Source: Terriglobia bacterium
Lineage (GTDB): Bacteria > Acidobacteriota > Terriglobia > JAJPHL01 > JAPKYU01
NCBI GenBank assembly: GCA_965206645.1
Contig: CBDBKE010000001.1
Coordinates: 128,001-192,000 of the forward strand
Length of the DNA stretch: 64,000 nucleotides
Direction: 5' to 3'
In this document: positions 9,406-18,754 of the stretch, piece after piece
Layout: each line of letters opens with the position of its first letter
Numbering within the stretch: position 1 is the stretch's first letter
Notes under the pieces: model-generated
Database searches by the model: none
What the model saw: only the letters and a program-made list of their open reading frames with translations
What the model was told of the DNA's origin: nothing
Made by a program: the position numbers and the translations under genes

Positions 9406-11634
9406 TCACTCACGTAAACGATTCTGAAGGGCCTCTAACATGGGCCCGGAAGCGCCCAGTGACTGCGCTTGCTGCAGCGCTGCCAGTGCCTGCGCAGTTC
9501 GTCCCTGCCCGGTATAAAACTCCGCTAGCATCAGATGCAACTGTGCATTGCTCGGGAAAGCCTCCACGGCAGCCCGTAGCGAACCCTCCGTTCCGGTAGC
9601 GTCTCCGAGCGCAAATTTCGCCCGGGCCTCTCCCACGTGGACCGCCGCCACGAAAGCCGCCCCGAGAATGTAGCGAGCGGCCTCCGCGTGACGGGACCGC
9701 AAAGCGCGCTCAAACCAAACGAGCGCCTGCCGCGGCTGCCCGAGCGCCAGCCTGCTTTCCGCGATCAAGCGGTAGGCCTCGTGGGGGAGGGCGCCCGTCC
9801 GCGTGGCCCGCTCCAGGGCCCGGATAGCTTCCTTGTGTCGTCCCGCTTCCCGTTCGAGGAACCCAAGGGTAAACCAGACGCGGCTGCTTCCCGGCAAGGC
9901 GGTGCCCGCTAGCAGCTCGCGCCGGGCCTCTGCTGGTTTCCTTAACGCCGCCAGAATCAATCCCGCCTGAACAAACAGCTCGGGATCACCCGCGAAATCT
10001 CTTCGTGCCTGCTCAACCGCCGCCCAGGCTTCCGTATGGCGACCCAGTTCAAAATAGAGCCTGGCCGCCTGTCGGTGGAAAACATATGCCGGTTCGCCAG
10101 GGAGTGGAGCCGGAAGGATCACCTGGTTGCAACTCTTTCCCAGCCTTTCGGTCCAGGGCCGGGTGGCAGGTCCGTCACGCAAGAAGACAGCCGAAACCGC
10201 ATCCAGATAAACCAGATGGACGTTGGGAGTCTCACAGAACCTGCGAAGCGGCTCGCGGTTCCATCCGATGCCCAGGAACACCGTCTGGATGCCCCAGCGA
10301 TCGGCGAACGCTTGCCATTCCGGCGAATCTAGCGGGAGCCGCAGAGCGCCTGCATGTTCTCGCACCAGTTCGGTGCCGAAAGGAACGGTACGTCCGTCAA
10401 TGAAGACGGGGTAGCCGTGGCCCAGCTTCCAGCTCAGGTAATCTCCTGAAGGCAGATCGTGCAGCAGGCGGCCCGGGAGTTGCTCTCTCAGTACAAACTC
10501 TGCTGCCCGCTCCGGAAACACGTAGGAGAGCCCAGCGCCGAAGGTGGCTTGGGTTCCGCGGCTAAAGTAATAGCGATTGCTGGCTAGGTCGGAGACGCGT
10601 ACGGCGGTAAGAAAGACCAACGCTAAAACAGCAGCCCACCGCAAGCCGCGGCGAACCTGGGCGCCGGCGACCAGTCCGGGAGCGCAAGCGGCCACCGTCA
10701 TCGCCAGCAACACCTGAAAGCGCTGTGAATAAAGAGAGGTTGCAGCGACTCCCGCAAGCAAGACCACCAAATCCCACCTTTTTCCCCATAGCCCCCAGCA
10801 AGCAGCCACCAAACCTACGAAGAGAAGCACCCAGTAGGCCCCACTCGGGTCACGCCATTCCAACAGCTCCTCAAGCCGCCACCAGCTCCAGGACGAAGGC
10901 CACCATTCAATTACTAATCTTTGATGCAGCCAATGTTGCTGCGCCTGTCGCCAAGGAATCTTCCAGACCCCGGGACCAAATGGGTTCAGGAAAGTGGCTA
11001 AAAGGCACAGGACGCCGATATATGCCAGCTTTCGCACCCGGGCCCCAGTCAAGCATGCCCCCACCAGAAACAACGCTATTAATCCGAAGCCGGCGAGAAA
11101 GCCGGGGTGTAAATTGACCCAGATCCCCATGAGCAGGGGCAACAGCCACAGGTGTTTCTCTGCCACTCCACGGAACAACAGGACGAGGAAAAGCGCAAAA
11201 AACAGAATGGTGAACATTTCCGCCCGAGCGACCGTGCGCATGGCAATCTGGGGAACAGCGAGACCCACCAACGCAGCCGCCAGCACCCCGGGGCGAACAG
11301 CCAGCAGTGTCGCGGTCGTAGCCGCGCAGGTGACGAGGCCAGACAACGAAACCGCGACATAGCCGCCCAGGCAGTAAAGGCCGTAGGAAAGCAAACCCGC
11401 CCCCGGCGGGTACATCCAGGGCTGTCCCGTAGCGGTGTAGGAGAAGACGTCAAGGCGGGCAATGTTGCCGGTTTCCACCAGATACCGCGCGTCGCGAAGC
11501 TGCCAGAACAGATCGTGGCTGGAGATGGTGCGGAAGCCAGCCATTGCCGCGTAAATCACCACCGCCGCAGCCCCCAGCAAGGCGGGCCGGTCCGCAGCCG
11601 TCAGAAGTCGCACCGCAGTGCTGAGCATCTTCAT
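9406..11634 (-). CDS. Polytopic membrane protein (GT-C-like N-terminal region) with C-terminal TPR repeats
   Basis: About 10 hydrophobic helices; first loop HDLFWQL...DVFSYT; WVNLHPGF; VFIDGRT; Ala/Leu-rich TPR-like tail. Confidence 0.7.
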   Translation of the reverse strand: MKMLSTAVRLLTAADRPALLGAAAVVIYAAMAGFRTISSHDLFWQLRDARYLVETGNIARLDVFSYTATGQPWMYPPGAGLLSYGLYCLGGYVAVSLSGLVTCAATTATLLAVRPGVLAAALVGLAVPQIAMRTVARAEMFTILFFALFLVLLFRGVAEKHLWLLPLLMGIWVNLHPGFLAGFGLIALFLVGACLTGARVRKLAYIGVLCLLATFLNPFGPGVWKIPWRQAQQHWLHQRLVIEWWPSSWSWWRLEELLEWRDPSGAYWVLLFVGLVAACWGLWGKRWDLVVLLAGVAATSLYSQRFQVLLAMTVAACAPGLVAGAQVRRGLRWAAVLALVFLTAVRVSDLASNRYYFSRGTQATFGAGLSYVFPERAAEFVLREQLPGRLLHDLPSGDYLSWKLGHGYPVFIDGRTVPFGTELVREHAGALRLPLDSPEWQAFADRWGIQTVFLGIGWNREPLRRFCETPNVHLVYLDAVSAVFLRDGPATRPWTERLGKSCNQVILPAPLPGEPAYVFHRQAARLYFELGRHTEAWAAVEQARRDFAGDPELFVQAGLILAALRKPAEARRELLAGTALPGSSRVWFTLGFLEREAGRHKEAIRALERATRTGALPHEAYRLIAESRLALGQPRQALVWFERALRSRHAEAARYILGAAFVAAVHVGEARAKFALGDATGTEGSLRAAVEAFPSNAQLHLMLAEFYTGQGRTAQALAALQQAQSLGASGPMLEALQNRLRE

Positions 11635-11652
11635 TGAGTCCCGACTTTTTCG

Positions 11653-13122
11653 TTAAGGCGTCAGGCCCCGTTCGCTGTCTGGTTCGCTGTGAATCGTGAG
11701 GCGAAACACGCCGGGCAAGGCGCGCTTGAATTGCGTCTCCAGGTCGGCGGTGACTTCGTGCACACGGGTAATGGGCAGATTGCCGTTCATGGTGCAATGG
11801 CAGGAAACGTAGAGGCGGTTGCGAACCGACCGGACCAGGATTTCGTGGCAATCCAGAATCTCCGGAAATTGGGCGGCGATTTCCCGCAGCCGCTGTTCGA
11901 TACTGCCATGCTCCTCCACGACCAGGCGCCCGAACTCCACCTGCGCTCCTTCGTCCTCGATGTGGGTATTAATGGTGGTGACCTCGGGGGCTTCGCGCAG
12001 GATCTCGGTCTCAACGCGGCTGACCAGCTCGTGGGCCTGGCGGAGGGTGTGGCGATCGCTCACCTCCAGGTGCAGTTCCAGGTGGCGATTGCCGGCGATG
12101 TCGTGTGCTGCCAGCTCGTGCACGAACAGGTTGTGCCGCGCAGCCACTGCTTTCACTTTTTCGAACAGGCTGCCCGAGGGGGGCGGGCGTGGCTCGGTGT
12201 GGATCATGATGTCGGAATGGGGCAGCGTTTGCTGGATTCGCTCCTCGACGGCGTCGGCAATGGCCTCGACCTGCTCAAACGGAAGCGAGCGTTCCACGGC
12301 AATGATGGTGTCAACAAAGTAGCGGTTGCCGGCGCGGCGAACCCGCAGCCGTTCGCAAGCCAGCACTCCCTTCACTTGGCGGACCTGAGCCACCAGTTCG
12401 GCCCGCACGCCCCGGGGGGCGGCATCCAACAGGGCGTCCATTGTGCGCTTGCCCAGTTGCAGGCCGATATAGGCAACGATGCCACTGACGCCGATAGCCG
12501 CCAGCGGGTCGGCCACCATCAGCTCAGGCATGCCGTAGCGGCGTCCGGCCCAGACCAGCGTCAGCCCGAAGATCACCACCAGGGAACTCCACACGTCGGT
12601 CGAAAAATGCAGGGCGTCGGCCTCCAGGGCTTGGCTCTCGTACTTGCGGGCCGTGCGCTGCAACGCCCGGGAGCGGTTGTAGTCCACCACCACGGAAAGG
12701 AACATCACCCCGAAAGCCCACACGGAAGGCTCAATTTCCACATTCTGGTGAAGCAGCCGCCGAACCGCCTCCACCACAATCCAGACGCAGGTCAGCAGCA
12801 ACAGCCCGGTTTGCAGAAAGGCGGAAAAGTTCTCGATTTTCTGGTGGCCGTATTGATGCTCTGCATCGGCGGGCTTGTCGGAAACGCGCACCGATACGAA
12901 GGTGATGACGGCCGCCATCAGGTCCAGAGCAGAATGGGCCGCTTCCGACAAGACGCCCAGGCTTCCGGTGCGGAATCCGACCACCACCTTCAGGGCTGTG
13001 ATGACGGTGGCCGCCAGGATGGAGCGGAACGCGACACGGCGTTTTTCCCTCTGCTGCTGGCTCAGCGCAAGCGCCGTGTCGGCGGGCGTGGCCGTTGCGC
13101 CGTACGGTCGAAGCATAGGCAT
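11653..13122 (-). CDS. Cation diffusion facilitator (FieF-like) with repeated C-terminal domains
   Basis: SEAAHSALD, KPADAEHQYGH, ADALHFSTD; three tail segments ending IHTEP, THIED, IHSEP. Confidence 0.92.
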   Translation of the reverse strand: MPMLRPYGATATPADTALALSQQQREKRRVAFRSILAATVITALKVVVGFRTGSLGVLSEAAHSALDLMAAVITFVSVRVSDKPADAEHQYGHQKIENFSAFLQTGLLLLTCVWIVVEAVRRLLHQNVEIEPSVWAFGVMFLSVVVDYNRSRALQRTARKYESQALEADALHFSTDVWSSLVVIFGLTLVWAGRRYGMPELMVADPLAAIGVSGIVAYIGLQLGKRTMDALLDAAPRGVRAELVAQVRQVKGVLACERLRVRRAGNRYFVDTIIAVERSLPFEQVEAIADAVEERIQQTLPHSDIMIHTEPRPPPSGSLFEKVKAVAARHNLFVHELAAHDIAGNRHLELHLEVSDRHTLRQAHELVSRVETEILREAPEVTTINTHIEDEGAQVEFGRLVVEEHGSIEQRLREIAAQFPEILDCHEILVRSVRNRLYVSCHCTMNGNLPITRVHEVTADLETQFKRALPGVFRLTIHSEPDSERGLTP

Positions 13123-13310
13123 GGCTGCGCGCTATGCCGCGCGCTATGCTATGATAAGCCATTGCGCGCGAGGGTTCGTTGGTCGGTTTGCCTTCTCGAT
13201 CAGGCCCTTTCGTCCTGTAGGGTCTCGCCTGCCGGTAGGGTTCCGCCTGAAAGATACCCGGCACCCTGGCTTTCGAGACTAAATGTGAAAAGGAATGCGA
13301 GGGAAGTCTC

Positions 13311-14480
13311 ATGTATCTAAAGAAAAGGTATGTGACGGCAACGTGGGTGGCGGCGGGAGTATTGGGCGTGGGGTTGTTGGCCCAGGAGCCGGCCCCGGCT
13401 GGCAAGCCCAAGCCAGCTGTGCAGGCTCAGCCGGCCACGCCGTCCAATCCTGCCAAAAGCTCGCAGACAGTTCCACCCGCTAGCCCGGCGGCGCCGTCCA
13501 GCAAGGCGCCCTCCAGCAAGGACACGGTAGGTCCCGATGAAGTTGTGCTCACCATTGGTCCAGAAGAAATCACCCGGTCGCGTTTCGAGCTGATCAAGCA
13601 AGGCCTGCCGCCTCAGTACGGGCGTTTGGTGCAACAGTGGGGAGATAGATTATTTGCCAATAACTACGCGGCGTTTCGCGGCTTGGCGCTGCTGGCCAAG
13701 CAAGAGAAGCTGGATCAGACCCCCCAGTTCAAAGGGCAGATTCAGTTTATGAGAGTCCAGTTGCTGGCGAGTCTGGCCGTCCAACGCCTTCAGGCTAAAG
13801 CTCAGCAGATCACCAAAGAGGAAGTGAAGGACTACTACGACGAGCATCGGGCCGAGTTTGAGCAAGCCAAGGTGAAAAGTATCTTCGTAGCTTTCAAGCC
13901 TCAGGCTAAGCCTGCCGCCGTCGCTTCTGCCACCGAGCAGGAGGCGCCCAAGCCGCGGACTGAGCAGCAAGCCCTTGCCCGCGCCGAAGAGCTACGCGAG
14001 CAGCTGTTGGCTGGAGCCGATTTTTCAGCTCTCGCCAAAGCCCATTCCGATCACAAGGAGAGCGCACAAAAGGGCGGGGACCTTGGCACCGTCCGCAAGA
14101 ACCAGCTTCCCGCCAGTTTGGCGAAGGTCATCTTCAGCCTGAAGCCGAACCAGATCAGCGAGCCGGTCAAGGAAGGCCAGGGATACTACATATTGCAGAC
14201 ACAAGAAATACGAGCGGTTACCCTGAATGAGGCCGATGCGACCATCCGCGGCACCCGCCAGCAGGAGAAGTTTCTTCAGGCTATGGAGCAGGTGAAGAAA
14301 GAATTCCCGCTGGTGTTGAACGAAAAGTTTTTCGGCCCGCAGGCAACGCAGTCGCCAACCCCGGGAACTGCCCGCCCGGTGATTACCGGTGTCGCACCGG
14401 CCAAACCGGGAAGCGTGGCAAACCCAGCCCTGGATGCCAAAACGGCGCCGGCTCCAAAACCCAAACCGGAAAAGAAATGA
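13311..14480 (+). CDS. PpiC/parvulin-type peptidyl-prolyl isomerase (PrsA/SurA-like), exported
   Basis: Signal peptide; GADFSALAKAHSD...GGDLG...ISEPV...GYYIL rotamase motif; Pro/Ala-rich termini. Confidence 0.9.
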   Translation: MYLKKRYVTATWVAAGVLGVGLLAQEPAPAGKPKPAVQAQPATPSNPAKSSQTVPPASPAAPSSKAPSSKDTVGPDEVVLTIGPEEITRSRFELIKQGLPPQYGRLVQQWGDRLFANNYAAFRGLALLAKQEKLDQTPQFKGQIQFMRVQLLASLAVQRLQAKAQQITKEEVKDYYDEHRAEFEQAKVKSIFVAFKPQAKPAAVASATEQEAPKPRTEQQALARAEELREQLLAGADFSALAKAHSDHKESAQKGGDLGTVRKNQLPASLAKVIFSLKPNQISEPVKEGQGYYILQTQEIRAVTLNEADATIRGTRQQEKFLQAMEQVKKEFPLVLNEKFFGPQATQSPTPGTARPVITGVAPAKPGSVANPALDAKTAPAPKPKPEKK

Positions 14481-14694
14481 CTGGAGTTGTGTTCGAGAGG
14501 GCGTGGCTTCCAGGAGATGATGCATGGTGCAGGTGAGGTCTGGATCTCAAAAGTGATGGGCGAGATGAGGAAGTTGGCGGCGGGCCCGTGAAACCTGGCA
14601 ATTCTGCCAAAATACAGTCGCTGAGGCGAACAAACAGGATGCTGGACACAGAAACTGGGGTTTGTGAACGCAGAGCAGCCGGCCAGCTCGCCCT

Positions 14695-15126
14695 CTATTC
14701 GGGCTTCTTCTTCTCTGACTCGGGTTTCTTCTCCAGCTCGGGCGGTTCGTGAGCCGATACCTGTCGCTTCTTGGGCCGCTCCAGCTTTATCTTCACGGTG
14801 TGCTCTTCGCCGCGGATCTCGAAAATTTCACCGGCAGTCCGGTAAGCGGGGGCAATCACCTGTACGCGCACTTTGCCGGAGGGAATCTCCGGGAATTCCA
14901 CCAATCCCCGCCGGTTGGTCTTGCTATTCCACTCGCGGCGCAAGTCCTTACGGAGTATACGCGCGGTGATGAAGTTCACCGTAACCGAAGCCTGGTGAAC
15001 CGGCCGTTTGCTAGTGGCGTCGCGCACGTCAATCGTCAGAATGGTGTACTGGGTGTCGGCCGCAAGCGGGTTCCACAGGACAAGCGGCAATAGAAAAAGG
15101 GCGGCAGCAAGCATTCTCACCTTCAT
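14695..15126 (-). CDS. Exported carboxypeptidase-regulatory-like (beta-sandwich) domain protein
   Basis: Signal peptide; V.DA...PV..ASVTV...KTN..G...F..IP.G.V.VQVIA..Y pattern. Confidence 0.7.
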   Translation of the reverse strand: MKVRMLAAALFLLPLVLWNPLAADTQYTILTIDVRDATSKRPVHQASVTVNFITARILRKDLRREWNSKTNRRGLVEFPEIPSGKVRVQVIAPAYRTAGEIFEIRGEEHTVKIKLERPKKRQVSAHEPPELEKKPESEKKKPE

Positions 15127-15223
15127 AACCTCCTATTCTAGTCCAAGACAGCCCCGTTCCGGTAGACACTTCGGACGGCGCACTTCGGTCTCCGAACTCT
15201 GGAGTTGTGATACTTTTCCAGCT

Positions 15224-16369
15224 ATGGGTTTTGCCACCGACGCGATTCATTGCGGGCAAGAGCCCGACCCGGCCACCGGCGCCATTGTTCCTCCCATCTA
15301 CCAGACCTCCACCTTCGTGCAGGAAGCTCTGGGACGGCACAAGGGATATGAGTACGCCCGCTCCAGCAACCCGACGAGGCGCGCACTGGAACGGAACCTG
15401 GCGGCGCTGGAGGGGGGAGCGGTCGGGCTGGCCTTCGCCTCGGGCATGGCGGCCATCCACGCGCTGCTGAGCTTGTTTGGCCACGGCGACCACGTCCTGT
15501 GCTCCCGCCGGGTTTACGGCGGAGTGCCCCGCCTGTTCCGCCGAGTTCTGGCCCGCTCCGGGCTGGAGTTTAGCTACGCGGACACGGCCTGCCTGGAAGA
15601 GGTGGAAACCGCCATCCGCCCCAACACGCGCCTGCTCTATATTGAGACGCCGGCCAACCCGCTGATGACCTTGACCGACATCGCGGCGGCTGCTGAGCTG
15701 GCCCATGCCCGTGGCCTGCTGCTGGGGGTGGACAACACCTTCATGACTCCCTACTTCCAGCGTCCGCTGGCTCTGGGCGCCGATGTCGTGGTGCATTCCA
15801 CCACCAAGTACTTGAACGGACACAGTGACGGGGTGGGCGGCGCCGTGGTCTTCGCCGCCAGCCAGCAAGATCGCGCCCGGCAGCTCGGTCTCATCCAGAG
15901 CACGGCTGGCGCCATTCTTGGCCCGTTCGACTGCTGGCTGGTGCTGCGCGGCGTCAAAACCCTGGCCGTGCGCATGCGGCAGCACAACGAAAACGGCGTG
16001 GCCGTGGCCACCTGGCTGAGTCAGCAGCCGAAGGTGCTCCGGGTATATTATCCAGGCTTGTCCAGCCATTCGCAGTACGAGCTGGCCCGACGCCAGATGA
16101 GCGGCTTCGGAGGCATGATAGCGTTCGACATGGGCTCGCTGGAGGCAGCGCGGCGCCAGCTGGCCGGTCTGCGCCTATGTTCCTTGGCGGAGAGCCTGGG
16201 AGGTGTCGAGACGCTCATCTCCCATCCGGCCAGCATGTCGCACGCCGGTTTGAGCCCGGAGGAGCGTGCCCAGATGGGTATTAGCGAGGGGTTGCTTCGC
16301 CTCTCGGTCGGGATCGAGGACGTAGAGGACATTCTGGGTGATCTGGAGAACGCCCTGCAAGCAACCTGA
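15224..16369 (+). CDS. Cystathionine gamma-lyase/gamma-synthase family PLP enzyme
   Basis: PPIYQTSTF, YARSSNPT, FASGMAA, DNTF, HSTTKYLNGHSD, SLGGVE, LRLSVGIE. ATG 15224. Confidence 0.95.
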   Translation: MGFATDAIHCGQEPDPATGAIVPPIYQTSTFVQEALGRHKGYEYARSSNPTRRALERNLAALEGGAVGLAFASGMAAIHALLSLFGHGDHVLCSRRVYGGVPRLFRRVLARSGLEFSYADTACLEEVETAIRPNTRLLYIETPANPLMTLTDIAAAAELAHARGLLLGVDNTFMTPYFQRPLALGADVVVHSTTKYLNGHSDGVGGAVVFAASQQDRARQLGLIQSTAGAILGPFDCWLVLRGVKTLAVRMRQHNENGVAVATWLSQQPKVLRVYYPGLSSHSQYELARRQMSGFGGMIAFDMGSLEAARRQLAGLRLCSLAESLGGVETLISHPASMSHAGLSPEERAQMGISEGLLRLSVGIEDVEDILGDLENALQAT

Positions 16370-16402
16370 GCAAGGGTGAGTTGGGATACCCATGCCCGGA
16401 TT

Positions 16403-16729
16403 CTACTCGGATTTGCGCAGGGAATCCCCCAGCCAGGTCATGTAGTTGGGCGATCCCTCAAGGATGGGAACACAGAGCACTTCGGGGACGCGGTAGCTGT
16501 GAAGGCGCTCGACTTCGGCGCGGACGGCGGCAAACAAGCTTCGGCTGGTCTTGATGACCAGCAGCGACTCCGGGTCGTCCTGGATCTTGCCTTCCCAGCG
16601 GTAGAAGGAGCGAATCTGCGGAACCAGGTTTACGCAGGCGGCCAGGCGTTTCTCGACCAAGGCGCGGGCGATTTTCTTGCTTTCGTCGGTGTCGCCGCTG
16701 GTCACATAAATAACCACTTTGTCGGTCAC
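16403..16729 (-). CDS. cutA: Divalent cation tolerance protein CutA
   Basis: LAACVN, SFYRWEG and LHSYRVPE motifs. Confidence 0.95.
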   Translation of the reverse strand: MTDKVVIYVTSGDTDESKKIARALVEKRLAACVNLVPQIRSFYRWEGKIQDDPESLLVIKTSRSLFAAVRAEVERLHSYRVPEVLCVPILEGSPNYMTWLGDSLRKSE

Positions 16730-16743
16730 ACCGACATACTACC

Positions 16744-18144
16744 ATGAGCGCGGAAATCAAATTTGGGACTTCCGGATGGCGGGCCATCATTGCCGAGGAC
16801 TTCACCCTTGCCAACGTACGCCGCGCGGTGGCAGGCATTGCCCGGTACGTGGTGGAGCATCATCAGGACGGAGCGCCAGTGCTGATTGTAGGGCGCGATC
16901 CTCGCTTCCTGGGAGAGACCTGTGCGGAGTTAGCGGCTCAGGTGGCCTCCGGCTACGGCGTCCGCTGCCTGGTTGGTCGGCAGTCGGCGCCGACACCCGC
17001 TATTTCCTTCGAAATCCGGAACCGGGGCACCGACGGCGGCATTAACTTCACGGCCTCACATAACCCGCCTGAGTATAACGGGGTGAAATTTTCCACCTCC
17101 GACGGCGCGCCGGCCTTGCCCGAGGTGACCCACGAGGTGGAGCAACTGATTCAAGAGGGCGCAGCGCCGCGACCGGGTACCAGCCCCGGCTCCATTGAGC
17201 CGGTGGACTTGGACCGTGCCTACCTCGAAGACCTCCGCAGCAAGGTGGACCTGGAGGCGATCCGCAAGGCGGGCTTGAAGCTGGTCTTAGATCCGCTCTA
17301 CGGCGCCGCCCGTGGCTATGCGGACCGCTTGTTGCGGGACGCGGGTATTGCGGTGACCGTCCTGCATGACTGCCGCGACGTCCTCTTTGGCGGCCACCCT
17401 CCCGAGCCCGCCGACGAATACCTGGAAGAGCTGAAGCAAGCGATGGAGGAGACCGGGGCGCAGGTAGGCCTGGCCACCGACGGTGACGCTGACCGCTTCG
17501 GCATCATGGATGACGGCGGACACTTCATCTCGCCCAACTACATTGTCGGGCTCCTGTTTGACTACCTGGTGGAGACGCGCGGCTGGAAGCTGGGCGTGGC
17601 CAAAAGCGTGGCCACCACCAATCTGGTGAACGCGCTGTCGGAGCACCATCAGGTGCCACTCTATGAAACCCCGGTGGGCTTCAAATTCATCGGGGAGCTG
17701 ATCAAAGCGGATAAGATCGTGCTGGGCGGCGAGGAGAGCGCCGGGCTGTCCATCTATCGCCACGTTCCGGAAAAGGACGGCATCCTGGCCTGCCTGCTGA
17801 CGGCGGAGATGGTAGCGCGGCGCGGTGCTCCACTCCGCGAGCAGCTGGAGGAGCTGTTCCGCAAGGTCGGCGGCTTTTACCCGCAGCGGGTCAACTTCCG
17901 GTTGCCCGAGGAGGTTAAGGCGCGGTTCCTGAGCCGCCTCCAGCAGGACCCATCCAGCTTTGCTGGTCGCAAGGTGAAACAGATCGTGCGGCTGGACGGT
18001 TTGAAGCTGGTGCTGGAGGACGGTTCCTGGGCCTTGTTCCGCGTTTCGGGGACCGAGCCGGTCGTGCGCGTCTATGCGGAAGCTCGCGACCCTGCCGAGT
18101 TGAACGCGCTAGTCGAGGAGGGAAAAAAATTCGTATTCGCCTAG
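16744..18144 (+). CDS. Phosphoglucomutase/phosphomannomutase
   Basis: FGTSGWR, TASHNP, DGDADR, GEESAG and RVSGTEP motifs. Confidence 0.95.
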   Translation: MSAEIKFGTSGWRAIIAEDFTLANVRRAVAGIARYVVEHHQDGAPVLIVGRDPRFLGETCAELAAQVASGYGVRCLVGRQSAPTPAISFEIRNRGTDGGINFTASHNPPEYNGVKFSTSDGAPALPEVTHEVEQLIQEGAAPRPGTSPGSIEPVDLDRAYLEDLRSKVDLEAIRKAGLKLVLDPLYGAARGYADRLLRDAGIAVTVLHDCRDVLFGGHPPEPADEYLEELKQAMEETGAQVGLATDGDADRFGIMDDGGHFISPNYIVGLLFDYLVETRGWKLGVAKSVATTNLVNALSEHHQVPLYETPVGFKFIGELIKADKIVLGGEESAGLSIYRHVPEKDGILACLLTAEMVARRGAPLREQLEELFRKVGGFYPQRVNFRLPEEVKARFLSRLQQDPSSFAGRKVKQIVRLDGLKLVLEDGSWALFRVSGTEPVVRVYAEARDPAELNALVEEGKKFVFA

Positions 18145-18473
18145 TCACGCACCCGGGGCAGCGCTGGCGCTGGTTAGCCGGTGTCGGCGGCCTGTTGCTG
18201 CTGTTGCTGTGCGTCCATCAGATTGTGGGAGACCACGGACACCTCAAGATGCGCCAGCGACAGAAGGAGGTGCGGCAACTGGAGAGTGAAATCCACCACC
18301 TGCAGGGAGAGAACCAGCAACTGCAGCAACGCGTCCAGAGCTTGCGCAGCGACCCCGCCGCCATTGAACGCATCGCCCGCGAGGAGATGAAGCTGGCCCG
18401 ACCGGGCGAGATCATCTTTACCCTGCCGGCCCCGACGCCCCGCGAAGCCCGCGCCCTGCCGCCGGCCCGCTGA
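18129..18473 (+). CDS. ftsB: FtsB/DivIC septum formation initiator (start uncertain)
   Basis: Single TM, GDHG, coiled coil, IERIAREEMKLARPGE. First canonical start (TTG 18195) falls inside the TM; ATT 18129 follows a GGAGG. Confidence 0.8.
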   Translation: MRIRLVTHPGQRWRWLAGVGGLLLLLLCVHQIVGDHGHLKMRQRQKEVRQLESEIHHLQGENQQLQQRVQSLRSDPAAIERIAREEMKLARPGEIIFTLPAPTPREARALPPAR

Positions 18474-18754
18474 GTTCAGCGGTCTTCATTTCTTTCCTCA
18501 GTCACTTGCTTCCCCATCTTGTGGGGGATAGGCCGGTTGCGATTTGCTCCCTTTCGTGCCAGTCTAGTGCCGTTCTACGCAGAGGAAGGGACTGATACAA
18601 GATTGCATCGCTAACCACTGCCGGGACTGCTGCCGGTCGCCGGAATTCGCTCCGGACGGGCTATAGAAGCTGATGCACGACCTGCCTCAGCAAACGCTCT
18701 GAAGGACAACTTAACTTCCACGTAGTGCGTTGCTAAGCGCCGACAGGTAATGCG

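Noticed and set aside
11689-13320. 543-aa plus-strand ORF, and similar long ORFs at 34534-36090, 46649-47815, 52228-53964 and 44950-46068
   Set aside because: Antisense shadows of well-supported genes in GC-rich DNA, with no recognisable motifs.
15008-15223. N-terminal extensions of the cystathionine lyase, and likewise of groES, recG and the FAH and nucleoside hydrolase ORFs
   Set aside because: Longest-ORF artefacts that overlap divergent genes or promoters; family homology starts at the downstream ATG.
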